Below, piece by piece: positions 30,667-40,101 of a stretch of DNA of 64,000 nt (the first letter of the stretch is position 1; each line of letters begins with the position of its first letter). Below the pieces are notes generated by a model. That model was not told the origin of the DNA. It worked only from the letters and a program-made list of their open reading frames with translations, and made no database searches. This DNA is from Infirmifilum sp. Its GTDB lineage: Archaea > Thermoproteota > Thermoprotei > Thermofilales > Thermofilaceae. Where the stretch lies: assembly GCA_041287245.1 (NCBI GenBank), contig JBEULP010000108.1, positions 1 to 64,000 on the forward strand, given 5' to 3'. Made by a program: the position numbers and the translations under genes.

Positions 30667-31278
30667 TCACTGTTTAGGAGCTTCTCCTGCTCTAACAGCT
30701 TGAGTATTAGCTTCGATAAACAGTACTAGCCAGGTTATCGGTGCGAATAAGGGTATGAGGGCTGAAATGATGCTAAAAGCTCCAGCCAGGGTAAACGTCG
30801 AGGAGTTAAGGTAGGTTCCAAGCTTAATTACTATAGTGCCGAGACCCACATAACCCAAGAGCAGTGATAGATAAGACAAGACTAAGGCTATAGCTCGCCC
30901 CGGGAGTGTTAGAGGTAAAAGTATACTGGATATTCCTAGCAATATAAGGCCCGCGGCAAGCCCCCAGACGGCCAGGGGAGAAACACCTTTAATATCCCCC
31001 TTCCATTGGCCGAGAAGGTCTAACCCTTTGGAGAGCTTTGCTAGCACTGCGTAGAGCCCTAATCCTACCCCTGCCAGGGCTATAGCCACTGCAATAATAG
31101 CTACAAATGGGTGTGACATGCGTGGGTAATTCACGTATAGTCTCGGAGGCATTATTAAGGTATACACCCGTAGAAAAGGCATGAGCAAAATGTCAATGCC
31201 TGTAACTATGTAGGCTACAAGCATAATTATCGACGCTGAAGAGAGCATTTTTAAACCGTTTTCAAACTCTTTTTCCAT
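30667..31278 (-). CDS. Membrane protein (possibly DUF973-like)
   Basis: 5-6 hydrophobic helices. Confidence 0.65.
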   Translation of the reverse strand: MEKEFENGLKMLSSASIIMLVAYIVTGIDILLMPFLRVYTLIMPPRLYVNYPRMSHPFVAIIAVAIALAGVGLGLYAVLAKLSKGLDLLGQWKGDIKGVSPLAVWGLAAGLILLGISSILLPLTLPGRAIALVLSYLSLLLGYVGLGTIVIKLGTYLNSSTFTLAGAFSIISALIPLFAPITWLVLFIEANTQAVRAGEAPKQ

Positions 31279-31431
31279 ATGTTTCCCGGGGGTACGCACG
31301 GGGAAAAAGCTAATAAGAGTTATGTACTTGAAGTCCACTCAACAGCGAATAACACAATAGTATAGCTGGGAAATCCCGGGCAAACATATTTAGAGAAACA
31401 GTTATTGCCTAGTAGAGCTTACTGGGTTGCT

Positions 31432-32808
31432 ATGACAAGAGTTAAAATAGCGGTTATAGGCGCGGGGAGCATAGCTTGGAGCTCCAAGATAATCCATGAC
31501 CTTCTTCACACTCCAACCCTTTTAGGCAGCGAGGTCCACCTTGTCGACATTGATAACGATCGGCTGAAGATGGTGAAAGGCTTTGCTAGCAGGTATGCCT
31601 CAGAGCTAGGCGCAGACTATAAGTTTTTTGCCACGACGGATAGGCGTCAGGCAATTCGCGACGCGGACTTTGTCGTAAACACAGCTATGTATGGGGGCCA
31701 CGGATACTACGAGAAGATGCGGGAGTTGTCTGAAAAGCACGGTTACTACAGGGGTGTGAACAGCACCGAGTGGAACATGGTGAGCGACTATCACACAATC
31801 TGGGGATACTATCAATTTAAACTCGCCTTCGATATAGCAAAGGATGTTGAACAGTATGCGCCGGATGCCTGGCTCCTCCAGCTTGCTAACCCTGTTTTCG
31901 AGCTCACAACTCTCATCTCAAGGGAAACAAAGGTGAAAACAATCGGGCTTTGCCACGGGCACCTAGGATACAAGGAGATTGCAAGACACCTCGGCTTCAA
32001 CCCCGAGGAGGTGGAGGCTGAGGTTATAGGCTTCAACCATGTTGTCTGGCTGACTAAACTCGCCTTCAGGGGGAGAAACCTCTACCCACTTATCGACGAG
32101 TGGATCCAGAGGCAATCAGAATCCTACTGGAGACAATGGAGGCAAAACCAGAGAGATCCCTTCGACATACAGATGAGCCCAGCCGCTGTCGACATGTACA
32201 GGCGCTACGGCTTGTTTCCTGTCGGAGACACTGTAAGGGGTGGTACGTGGGTGTACCACTGGGACCTCAAAACAAAGCAGTATTGGTACGGGCCGACGGG
32301 AGGGCCGGACAGCGAGATCGGCTGGATGCTATACCTGGGGCACCACTGGTGGTACAGCGGCTTCCTTGAAAAGTTGATCTCTGATCCACGAGTTTCCATA
32401 TCTAGCTTTTTCCCTCCAACCCGCACAGAAGAGTCTCTTATCCCGCTGATAAGCTCCATCGCCAACGACGAGCCCGCTGTTTACCAGGTAAACGTGTTAA
32501 ACAACGGTGCTTTAAACGGGATACCTGATAACGTGGCTGTCGAGATTCCCGCGGAAGTTTCTAGCAAGGGGGTAAGGAGGCCAGGGGGTTTAGCTCTACC
32601 CGGCAGAATACTCAAGGCGGTTTTATGGCCGCGCATGTTGAGGATGGAAATGGCTGTTACGGCTTTTCTTGAAGGCGGTAAACAGCTGTTGATTGACTGG
32701 CTTATGCTTGATCCAAGAACTAAATCGGAGAGGCAGGCTGAGGAGGCTTGGGATGAGATACTCTCAATGCCTGAGAACGAGGAGATGAAGCGACACTATA
32801 GAGGGTAG
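31432..32808 (+). CDS. GH4 NAD+-dependent glycoside hydrolase (alpha-glucosidase/galactosidase/glucuronidase type)
   Basis: KIAVIGAGS, ADFVVNT, QLANP, IGLCHGH, GFNH, VEIP. Confidence 0.92.
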   Translation: MTRVKIAVIGAGSIAWSSKIIHDLLHTPTLLGSEVHLVDIDNDRLKMVKGFASRYASELGADYKFFATTDRRQAIRDADFVVNTAMYGGHGYYEKMRELSEKHGYYRGVNSTEWNMVSDYHTIWGYYQFKLAFDIAKDVEQYAPDAWLLQLANPVFELTTLISRETKVKTIGLCHGHLGYKEIARHLGFNPEEVEAEVIGFNHVVWLTKLAFRGRNLYPLIDEWIQRQSESYWRQWRQNQRDPFDIQMSPAAVDMYRRYGLFPVGDTVRGGTWVYHWDLKTKQYWYGPTGGPDSEIGWMLYLGHHWWYSGFLEKLISDPRVSISSFFPPTRTEESLIPLISSIANDEPAVYQVNVLNNGALNGIPDNVAVEIPAEVSSKGVRRPGGLALPGRILKAVLWPRMLRMEMAVTAFLEGGKQLLIDWLMLDPRTKSERQAEEAWDEILSMPENEEMKRHYRG

Positions 32809-32931
32809 AAGTTTTCTCTTTTGCCCTGTTTCTTCTTATATGTAATTTTATATATAGTTAGAGATTTCTGCGAAAACAGGTAAGATTGTCTCGTGCATGG
32901 TTCTCGAAGAGGATGCGATCGAGGATTCCTA

Positions 32932-32956
32932 CTTTCAATTCATTCTCTTCGGATAC
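32932..32956 (-). CRISPR. Solitary CRISPR repeat GTATCCGAAGAGAATGAATTGAAAG with AT-rich leader-like flank
   Basis: 23/25 identical to the repeats at 46793 and 46857; ends in ATTGAAAG; intergenic; no second repeat at spacer distance. Confidence 0.75.
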
Positions 32957-33283
32957 TGTTACTCTCTAGTTTGGAGTTATTTATTTTTACTAGTAATTTG
33001 CGCGCGAGATTTGGTATGGTATAAAGGTGTGCGGTGAAATTCCCGTGTATTGTTCTTTTTCCTTTATGGAATCCGCTTAAAGGTATCGGAAAATCACGAT
33101 TCTCAGTGTTAAACTCTAAACAGAGAAAAGGATGTTCAGATGGCTTTATGTTTCTCCAGATGTCGTGAGGACAAATTCCTCTTATAAAGAAGGGAGAATA
33201 TAAGTGAAAAAGAAGTATAAATTAATAAGACCAAACACTTAAATAGAGAAATGCTAAGATAATAATCACTAAAGGGGAAAAAC

Positions 33284-34489
33284 ATGGTGAAAAAGGATTT
33301 TAAGCTACTTGTTAGCTTTCTCCTAGCGCTTACACTAACCCTTACATTCCTACCCATCGTTAAAGCAGAAAACCCCACGATTTCGGTTCAAGACCCCACT
33401 GGGGATGATAAGGGTCCCGGTTTCTACGGGTACCCAACAAACGATGTTTTCAAACCCGGCGTATTCGATATAACTGGATTTAGCGTCACTGTTACTAACA
33501 CTAGCTTAACATTCAAGGTCGACCTGAAGGATCTCGGAGGTAACCCATGGGGAGGGAAAAACGGTTTCTGTCTCCAACAGGTTCACATTTACCTTCACAC
33601 CGACGCCCCTGCCAATGTCCCGGCGCGTGCCAGCGCGATCGGCCTTAACTTGAACTTTGACCCCTCATGGGCCTGGCACTATGCTATTCTAGCCGGTCCT
33701 TGCTGGGAGACTCCTCCGCAGCCGCTTCCCACGGGGCAGTGCGCAGTTCTATACAGGCCTTTCGACGAGGTTGTGCAGGACGATCAACTAAAGGTTAGTG
33801 TTCAAGGAAACTCAATAATTATAACTGTGGACAGGAAGCTCTTCGAGTACGGCGACCCAGCCAACATAAAGAACTGGAGGATCCTTGTTGCAGTGACGAG
33901 CCACGATGGTTTCGGGCCTATGAAGATAAGGGGTGTCGGGCTCAGCAAGGGCGAGTGGAACATCTGGGGTACGGCTACCGCAAATGACACGCAAAAGGTT
34001 CTGATCGCCAAAGCTATTCAGTTCGGGATAGAACCAAGGGTGTTAGATATAGCGGTGTATTCACCAGAGTACCCCAACGGGATCACGGCAGACCAGCAAT
34101 ACGCGTGGCTAAGTAGTATAGACGTCAATGCTAAGCAGCCCGCTACCATCCCGCCCCTCGCAACAGCCCAGCTTAAAGCTCTCGTTCAGGAAAGGGACAG
34201 CTTAAAGTCACAGGTCTCCAACCTTCAGAGCCAGATTCAGAGCCTCCAAGGGCAAATTCAGAGCCTTCAGAGCCAGATTCAAAACCTCCAGTCCCAGAAC
34301 AGCGGCCTACAAAGCCAGGTCAAGTCACTGCAGGATCAGAACTCCAAGCTTTCCAGTGAGCTAGAGGCCCTTAGGGCGTCAACAATGGATACTACGACAG
34401 CCATAGTGTTGGCCCTTGTACTCCTTATCGTGGGAGCTGTAGTTGGGTACTTCCTAGGCTCGAAGAAGAAGCCCAAGACTAGCTCTTAA
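33284..34489 (+). CDS. Surface protein: glucodextranase/DOMON-like carbohydrate-binding domain, coiled-coil stalk, C-terminal TM anchor
   Basis: Signal peptide; DPTGDDKGPG.YGYP...FDI, NPWGG.NGF; LQSQIQS heptads; TM plus KKKPK tail; no catalytic domain recognised. Confidence 0.8.
   Translation: MVKKDFKLLVSFLLALTLTLTFLPIVKAENPTISVQDPTGDDKGPGFYGYPTNDVFKPGVFDITGFSVTVTNTSLTFKVDLKDLGGNPWGGKNGFCLQQVHIYLHTDAPANVPARASAIGLNLNFDPSWAWHYAILAGPCWETPPQPLPTGQCAVLYRPFDEVVQDDQLKVSVQGNSIIITVDRKLFEYGDPANIKNWRILVAVTSHDGFGPMKIRGVGLSKGEWNIWGTATANDTQKVLIAKAIQFGIEPRVLDIAVYSPEYPNGITADQQYAWLSSIDVNAKQPATIPPLATAQLKALVQERDSLKSQVSNLQSQIQSLQGQIQSLQSQIQNLQSQNSGLQSQVKSLQDQNSKLSSELEALRASTMDTTTAIVLALVLLIVGAVVGYFLGSKKKPKTSS
34223..34306 (+). 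repeat. Imperfect 21-bp tandem repeat (about 4 units) encoding coiled-coil heptads
   Basis: cttcagagccagattcagagc / ctccaagggcaaattcagagc / cttcagagccagattcaaaac / ctccagtcccagaacagcggc. Confidence 0.8.
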
Positions 34490-34523
34490 AAAAGATTTTT
34501 TTCATTGTGTGAGGTGAGCTAGG

Positions 34524-37500
34524 TTGTCTCTACATAAAAATATTGTGGGTGTCTTTCTCCTCCTAGTTCTAATAACGACCGTTCTCACCCCTGTGCTAGC
34601 CCAGCAGCAGAGTAACCCTCTCTACGTAGCCTTCATCTGGCACTACCACCAGCCCTGGTACTACGACGTCTCAGGCTCTTACTTTATCCTCCCATGGACT
34701 AGAATGCATACTGTGGGGAACTACTATAAAATGGCCTATATACTCTCAAAATATCCGAACATCAAGGTCACGTTTACATTCTCCGGCTCTCTAATACAAC
34801 AGATAATAGATTACAACAACGGGGTGAAGGACTACAGGCAAATGCTGTCTGAAAAGATAGCCCAAGGGCAAAGCCTGACTGTTGACGAGAAGTTCGCAAT
34901 GCTGAGCATTCCGAACGGGTTCTTCGACGTAAACTGGAACCGTATAGTTAACGTGGTTCCAAGGTTCCGCGAATTAAGGGACAAGGCGCAGAGCGCTCTA
35001 AGCCGGTATGTCTCCCTTCCTGAGAGAGAGTTTAAGACGCGCGTCGTGGCGGAGTTCTCAGACCAGGATTTCCTGGACCTAGCCGTTCTATTCAACCTTT
35101 TCTGGATAGACCCCGAGGTTCTCCGTGAACAGTACCCGGATGTGTACCAGCTGAGACAGCAGGCGGTTAACGGTGCTAGTGGTTTTACAAGGCAACAGCT
35201 TCAAATGGTTCTAAACGTGCATAAGGATCTACTCGCGAAGGTCCTACCCTTTTACGCTAACCTAGCTAGAAAAGCCCAGATCGAGCTTATACCAGTACCT
35301 TACAGCCACCCCCTCGCGCCCATCCTAGCCGACTTCGGCCTTATAGATGACGTCAAGCTTCACGTGTCCCTGAGCACAAGCCTCTTCCAGAAAGTGTTCG
35401 GATACAAGCCTGTGGGCATATGGCCCGCGGAGCAGGCTGTCAACGGCTTAGTCCTATCGGTCTTCGCCGGCGAAGGTTACACGTGGACTGTGACTGATGG
35501 GACGCTGCTCGGCAAGGCCGGTCTCAACCCCTCCGACCCCTCTGTGGGCATGAAGGCATGGTATGCTACGCCCAACGGGAGCAAAATCTATGTCTTCTTC
35601 AGGAACACTGAGCTCAGCAACCTTATAAGCTTCCAGTACAGCAATCAAGACCCCAGGCAGGCGGCGCAGGATCTCTTAAACAGGCTTCTCAACATGGCGA
35701 AGCAGAGCGACGGCACCAATATCGTTGTAATTGCTCTCGACGGTGAGAACCCGTGGGAAAACTACCAGGAGTTTGGCGACACCTTCCTCGAGTCTCTCTA
35801 CTCAGGTCTCAGCGACCTCCAATCCAAGGGTCTGATTATCACCATAACTCCCCAGGAATACCTCTCAAAGCTGTCACACTCCGCCCGCGAGCTTCCTCTC
35901 AAAACATACCGATACCTTGATCTGGCCGGCAGGGACATCTCCGACATACCTCTAAACCCTACAGACGACGCTTATTCAATCCTGCCCCGTAGAAATGTAA
36001 CCTCCCAGATACCTGAGGGTTCCTGGGCCGGCGGAGAGCTGACAATTTGGATAGGACAGAGACAAGAAAACGCCGCGTGGATGCTGCTCATAAAGACCCG
36101 ACAAGACGTGCTGAGAGCGCTAGGTGTAAAAAGCCTCAAGGAGGCCCTTACGGTTAACCCGAAAGCCACAGAGGACATTCTAAGAGCAGAGGCTAGTGAC
36201 TGGACATGGTGGTACGGAGGCGACGGAGGGGGAACCTTCCCTGCAAACCCACTCTACAAGGGTTATCTCACGAGAGCCTACATCGATGCGGGCCTAACTC
36301 CCCCGGACTACCTTGTTGCCCAATTCAACCCTGACGCAACCCCAGCAGGGGTTCTAAATACCAATTATCCCAAGCCGCCTACCACCGAGCCTTCACTAGA
36401 CGGCAAGTTTAAGACTGGAGAGTGGGCTGGCGCGCTCAACGCCTCCTTGGGTGACAAGCTTTTCACAAACATTCTAGTGTGGCCTTCTAGCCGAGGGTTG
36501 TACATCGCTGCTATCCCCACCTCAAAGGCAACTCTAGGAGACCCAAGCGTCGCAATAGCCATTTACACGACTTCGAACATACGAAGCGTCAGCCCCTACC
36601 ACCCTGGCTTTAACTCCTACCCAAGATACTCGAAGACCGACATTGGAATGGGGCTCTTCTACGAGATACTAATATACCCGGCGAACAAGAGCATGGTTAT
36701 CAGCGCAGCAGACGGCAACGAAAAATGGACCCCGCTCTTCTACATGAACGCGGCTGTCGACGATGTTATCGAGGTTTTCGTACCCTGGACCAGTATCGGC
36801 CTCTCCCAAGGGGAGCTGTTCTATCTCACCGCAGCCTCCTACAAGAGCCTCTCCCTTCAAGACACAGCCTCCAGGCTTGGCTCGGTTTACCAGCTGGTAG
36901 TTCCAAGGGCTACTGCTCTAGGCGCGGGAGCAAAGGTGGTCTTCGACATGAATGACCCGACAGGCGACGATGACGGTGCCGGTGGATACAAGTATCCAAA
37001 AGCAGACGTGTTTGTCCCAGGGGTGTTCGACCTCACACGCTTCAGAGTTGTAGACCAGGGTTCAACCTTAAGGTTCGAAGTATATGTCAAGGATCTTGGA
37101 GGTAACCCATGGGGAGGCCCCAACGGCTTCTGCCTTCAATATCCTCATATCTACATTCACACTACAAGCAAGATGCCAGGACGCACAGACACCTTCGGCT
37201 TGAACGTGAATCTTACAGCGGACTCAGCTTGGCATATTGCCATACTACTGGCACCCGGGTGGGGCTCAGATCCAGTCCCCAACGGCGAGAAGTCCGCAAT
37301 ATACTTCGCCGATGGCTCAGTAATAGTGCAGGACGACAAGTTCAAGGTATACGCGGATCCGGCGACCAATTCCATAGTAGCCGAAGTCGCGAAGGACGTC
37401 TTGCCGGACGCTGATAACGCTAGTAAATGGGTCTACACGGTAGCCGTCACAAGCTTCGACGGTTACGGCAACATGAGGATCAGGCCTTTCGGACTCGACC

Positions 37501-37907
37501 CAGATGTCTGGGTTGTTGGCGCAGGCGCCAAGCACGCTAAAGCGGTTCTATTCAACGTTCTCCCCAGAATAATGGACCTATTAGCCCCGACGGCACAAGA
37601 TCAATACGCGCAGCTTAACTCCTATGTGGCTGATAAGAACGGCACCCTGGCGAAAATACACGGTGTCTCAAGCGCCGCAACGACTCCCCCGCAGCAGTGC
37701 GTCTGTCCACAGCCTCAACAGCCAACGTGTCCAACCAACCAGACTGCCCAGCAACCCACCTGCCCGCCCTGTCCCGCGGTAACCCAGCAGCCATCTATCA
37801 GCTACCAGGAGCTCTACCGCTCGCTTATAGTAGGCTTATTGGCCGGTGCGCTCATCGGCGTCGCTACTGCTCTATTAATTAGGCGCGAAGGTAAAAAACA
37901 AGTCTAA
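34524..37907 (+). CDS. Membrane-anchored GH57 amylopullulanase with DOMON-like domain
   Basis: WHYHQP, GIWPAEQAV, ALDGENPWE, AEASDWTWW; C-terminal DPTGDDDGAG domain, Cys/Pro/Gln linker, TM anchor. Confidence 0.93.
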   Translation: MSLHKNIVGVFLLLVLITTVLTPVLAQQQSNPLYVAFIWHYHQPWYYDVSGSYFILPWTRMHTVGNYYKMAYILSKYPNIKVTFTFSGSLIQQIIDYNNGVKDYRQMLSEKIAQGQSLTVDEKFAMLSIPNGFFDVNWNRIVNVVPRFRELRDKAQSALSRYVSLPEREFKTRVVAEFSDQDFLDLAVLFNLFWIDPEVLREQYPDVYQLRQQAVNGASGFTRQQLQMVLNVHKDLLAKVLPFYANLARKAQIELIPVPYSHPLAPILADFGLIDDVKLHVSLSTSLFQKVFGYKPVGIWPAEQAVNGLVLSVFAGEGYTWTVTDGTLLGKAGLNPSDPSVGMKAWYATPNGSKIYVFFRNTELSNLISFQYSNQDPRQAAQDLLNRLLNMAKQSDGTNIVVIALDGENPWENYQEFGDTFLESLYSGLSDLQSKGLIITITPQEYLSKLSHSARELPLKTYRYLDLAGRDISDIPLNPTDDAYSILPRRNVTSQIPEGSWAGGELTIWIGQRQENAAWMLLIKTRQDVLRALGVKSLKEALTVNPKATEDILRAEASDWTWWYGGDGGGTFPANPLYKGYLTRAYIDAGLTPPDYLVAQFNPDATPAGVLNTNYPKPPTTEPSLDGKFKTGEWAGALNASLGDKLFTNILVWPSSRGLYIAAIPTSKATLGDPSVAIAIYTTSNIRSVSPYHPGFNSYPRYSKTDIGMGLFYEILIYPANKSMVISAADGNEKWTPLFYMNAAVDDVIEVFVPWTSIGLSQGELFYLTAASYKSLSLQDTASRLGSVYQLVVPRATALGAGAKVVFDMNDPTGDDDGAGGYKYPKADVFVPGVFDLTRFRVVDQGSTLRFEVYVKDLGGNPWGGPNGFCLQYPHIYIHTTSKMPGRTDTFGLNVNLTADSAWHIAILLAPGWGSDPVPNGEKSAIYFADGSVIVQDDKFKVYADPATNSIVAEVAKDVLPDADNASKWVYTVAVTSFDGYGNMRIRPFGLDPDVWVVGAGAKHAKAVLFNVLPRIMDLLAPTAQDQYAQLNSYVADKNGTLAKIHGVSSAATTPPQQCVCPQPQQPTCPTNQTAQQPTCPPCPAVTQQPSISYQELYRSLIVGLLAGALIGVATALLIRREGKKQV

Positions 37908-39967
37908 AAGACTTTCTTTTTATATAGCAACCTCCACTCGTTTGTTCCAAGCTTAAGCGTTTCTACGTGTTCTCCACTCCACATGTCTATATGCTCACCT
38001 GGAAGCTCAACAAGGATTTTTTCACCAGTATTGAGGAACAGGCTAACCTGCTCCTCACCCCACCATCTGTACACGGCTACAGCGCTCTCGCTTAGGGCAT
38101 CTGCGTCAAAGAAGCCGTAGCGTAAAGGCTTGGTTTCACGTCGAAGAAGAGCAAGCCGTCTTATTAAACAGTGAAGCCGCCTATTCCACTTTTGCTCGTC
38201 CCACACCATTGGAAGCCTGTTATCAGGATCTGGGCCGCCTTGCATACCGATCTCATCGCCATAATAGATAGCGGGGGAACCAGGCAAAGAAAAGAGAAGC
38301 ACGTACAGGGGCTCCAGGCACTCGCCATTACACCTCTCAGCTAGAGTGGCGATACGCGGCGTATCATGGCTACCGAGTAGATTATACATGGCGTTTGCAC
38401 TAAAGAGAGGAATATTAACGTAAAGCTCCTTTAACCCCTTGACAAGCTCCGGCGCTCTAATCCTTCTATACAAGAGGAAATCCAGGAGAAGCTCTCTCAG
38501 GTCGTAATTCATTGCTGAGTCGCCTGTCAACCCGTATGGGTAAAAATTAGCCCCCTTGCTCACCTCCAGTATGACCACCGCGTCTTTTCTCTTCTTGATG
38601 TTTTCGTAGAGCTGAGTTAGAGCTTGGTCGGGAATAGCATGGCCAACGTCAATTCTAATGCCTGACGCCCCTTTCTCAAGCCAGAAAAGGGCTATATCTT
38701 TTAGCCTTTCCACAACTTCATCATTGCTATAGTTCAGCTTAGCCATGCCCCAGTTGCAAAAGAAAGTCTCGTAAAACGGCCTTTTGCCTCTAAGATGCGC
38801 AGGGAATTCCTTGCAACCCTCTTTCACGAACATCTTGAGAGCTTTTTCATCCTCGCTGCTCGCGGAACTGTGAAACCTGAACCATTTTCGTCGCGGGGAT
38901 TCTGGGTTGAGAAGTGCATCTGTGAACTCTGCACTGCAGGGGGAGGCGTGGTGCGCCACAATGTCAACTACCAAGTGGATCCCCTTCTCACGGGCTTTTT
39001 CGACAAGCTCGGCCCACTCTTCCCAGGAGCCCAGGTCGGGGTCAATGCTCTTGTGGTTGATCACGTCATACCTGTGGTAGCTTTTGGCTTCGTAGATGGG
39101 TGTGAGGTATATCGCTTCGATTCCCAGGGAGTGCAGGTAGTCAAGGCTTTCCGTTATATCTTTTAGCTTTCCCCCAAGCTTTATCTTAGGCCTGTTGTTT
39201 TCATGTGGGAGAGGTCTACGCGTAAAACTATCTGGGAAGATAAGGTAATAATTGCACCCGTAGTACCACTCTGCGCTCTCAATGCTGGTGACTCGCCCCG
39301 GAGTTATGTATTCCTCATCTCCCAGCCCATTCTTTCCATAATATATTTTCTCACCGCTTGACTCTAGGATAAACCTATATGCGGTTATTTTTCCCGGAAT
39401 CACTCCCTGGAAATAATCCACATAATCGTTGCTGTGAAATCTACTCATCTCGTTGATCTTGCCATTAACACCTTCAATGTAAACTCTTTCAAGTAACCCC
39501 CGGGGCGCCTTAATCCGGGTGACTGTGTAGCCTAGGAAATAGCTTATAAAGGCTGGGTCTCTCTCATCGTGAACAACCAGCTCCCACGGCAGCGCACCTC
39601 CATTCTGAGCCGACCTGTACTCTTGAAGGCCCACCTCGGCTATCGAGTACTCCTCTATCCCTTCGCTATCAGGCCATAACCGTAAATTAGCTTTTCTCGG
39701 ATTTTCTGCATCAATCGTAGAATACCCACAAGTTGAAGCAAACCTATAAGGGTATGTCCCCTCCCAGAGCGATACTATAACTCGTCCCCTATCTCCTTCA
39801 CGTGTAAGCTCGACTCTACCTGGAAAAAACGAGGTAAAGCTGGATACCAAGTATAGGTGGTCTATTCCTGGTGGCCAGGGGTGCGTGAACTCCACTAGAT
39901 ATTTTCCAAGACGTTTTTCAGCCAGCCGCTCACGCCCTATAATCTTATACAAGCTTCTTCCCGACAC
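37904..39967 (-). CDS. Cytoplasmic GH13 maltogenic amylase/cyclomaltodextrinase
   Basis: YLIFPDSF, IYLTPI, SYHRYD, GIRIDVGH, ILEV, LGSHDTPR, YYGDEIG, DPDNR; extra N-terminal domains; no signal peptide. Confidence 0.9.
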   Translation of the reverse strand: MSGRSLYKIIGRERLAEKRLGKYLVEFTHPWPPGIDHLYLVSSFTSFFPGRVELTREGDRGRVIVSLWEGTYPYRFASTCGYSTIDAENPRKANLRLWPDSEGIEEYSIAEVGLQEYRSAQNGGALPWELVVHDERDPAFISYFLGYTVTRIKAPRGLLERVYIEGVNGKINEMSRFHSNDYVDYFQGVIPGKITAYRFILESSGEKIYYGKNGLGDEEYITPGRVTSIESAEWYYGCNYYLIFPDSFTRRPLPHENNRPKIKLGGKLKDITESLDYLHSLGIEAIYLTPIYEAKSYHRYDVINHKSIDPDLGSWEEWAELVEKAREKGIHLVVDIVAHHASPCSAEFTDALLNPESPRRKWFRFHSSASSEDEKALKMFVKEGCKEFPAHLRGKRPFYETFFCNWGMAKLNYSNDEVVERLKDIALFWLEKGASGIRIDVGHAIPDQALTQLYENIKKRKDAVVILEVSKGANFYPYGLTGDSAMNYDLRELLLDFLLYRRIRAPELVKGLKELYVNIPLFSANAMYNLLGSHDTPRIATLAERCNGECLEPLYVLLFSLPGSPAIYYGDEIGMQGGPDPDNRLPMVWDEQKWNRRLHCLIRRLALLRRETKPLRYGFFDADALSESAVAVYRWWGEEQVSLFLNTGEKILVELPGEHIDMWSGEHVETLKLGTNEWRLLYKKKVF

Positions 39968-40078
39968 CCCAAGGAAGGAGAAGTTATAAGAGTTTAGTAT
40001 TCAGGGAGAATAATATATTTGCTTTTAAGAAGTATTCAAAAAACTTATGTAGAAATGCTTATAATAAAACAAGGACAA

Positions 40079-40090
40079 ATGTAGATTGCA
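40079..40090. promoter_or_regulatory. Candidate operator ATGTAGATTGCA upstream of maltodextrin ABC operon
   Basis: Identical to 23134-23145; lies between a TATA-like CTTATAA and the start codon; partial copy TTATGTAGA at 40045-40053. Confidence 0.4.
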
Positions 40091-40101
40091 GGTGAAAACT
40101 T

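Noticed and set aside
32860..32895. Second degenerate CRISPR repeat one spacer-length from 32932
   Set aside because: No recognisable similarity to the repeat
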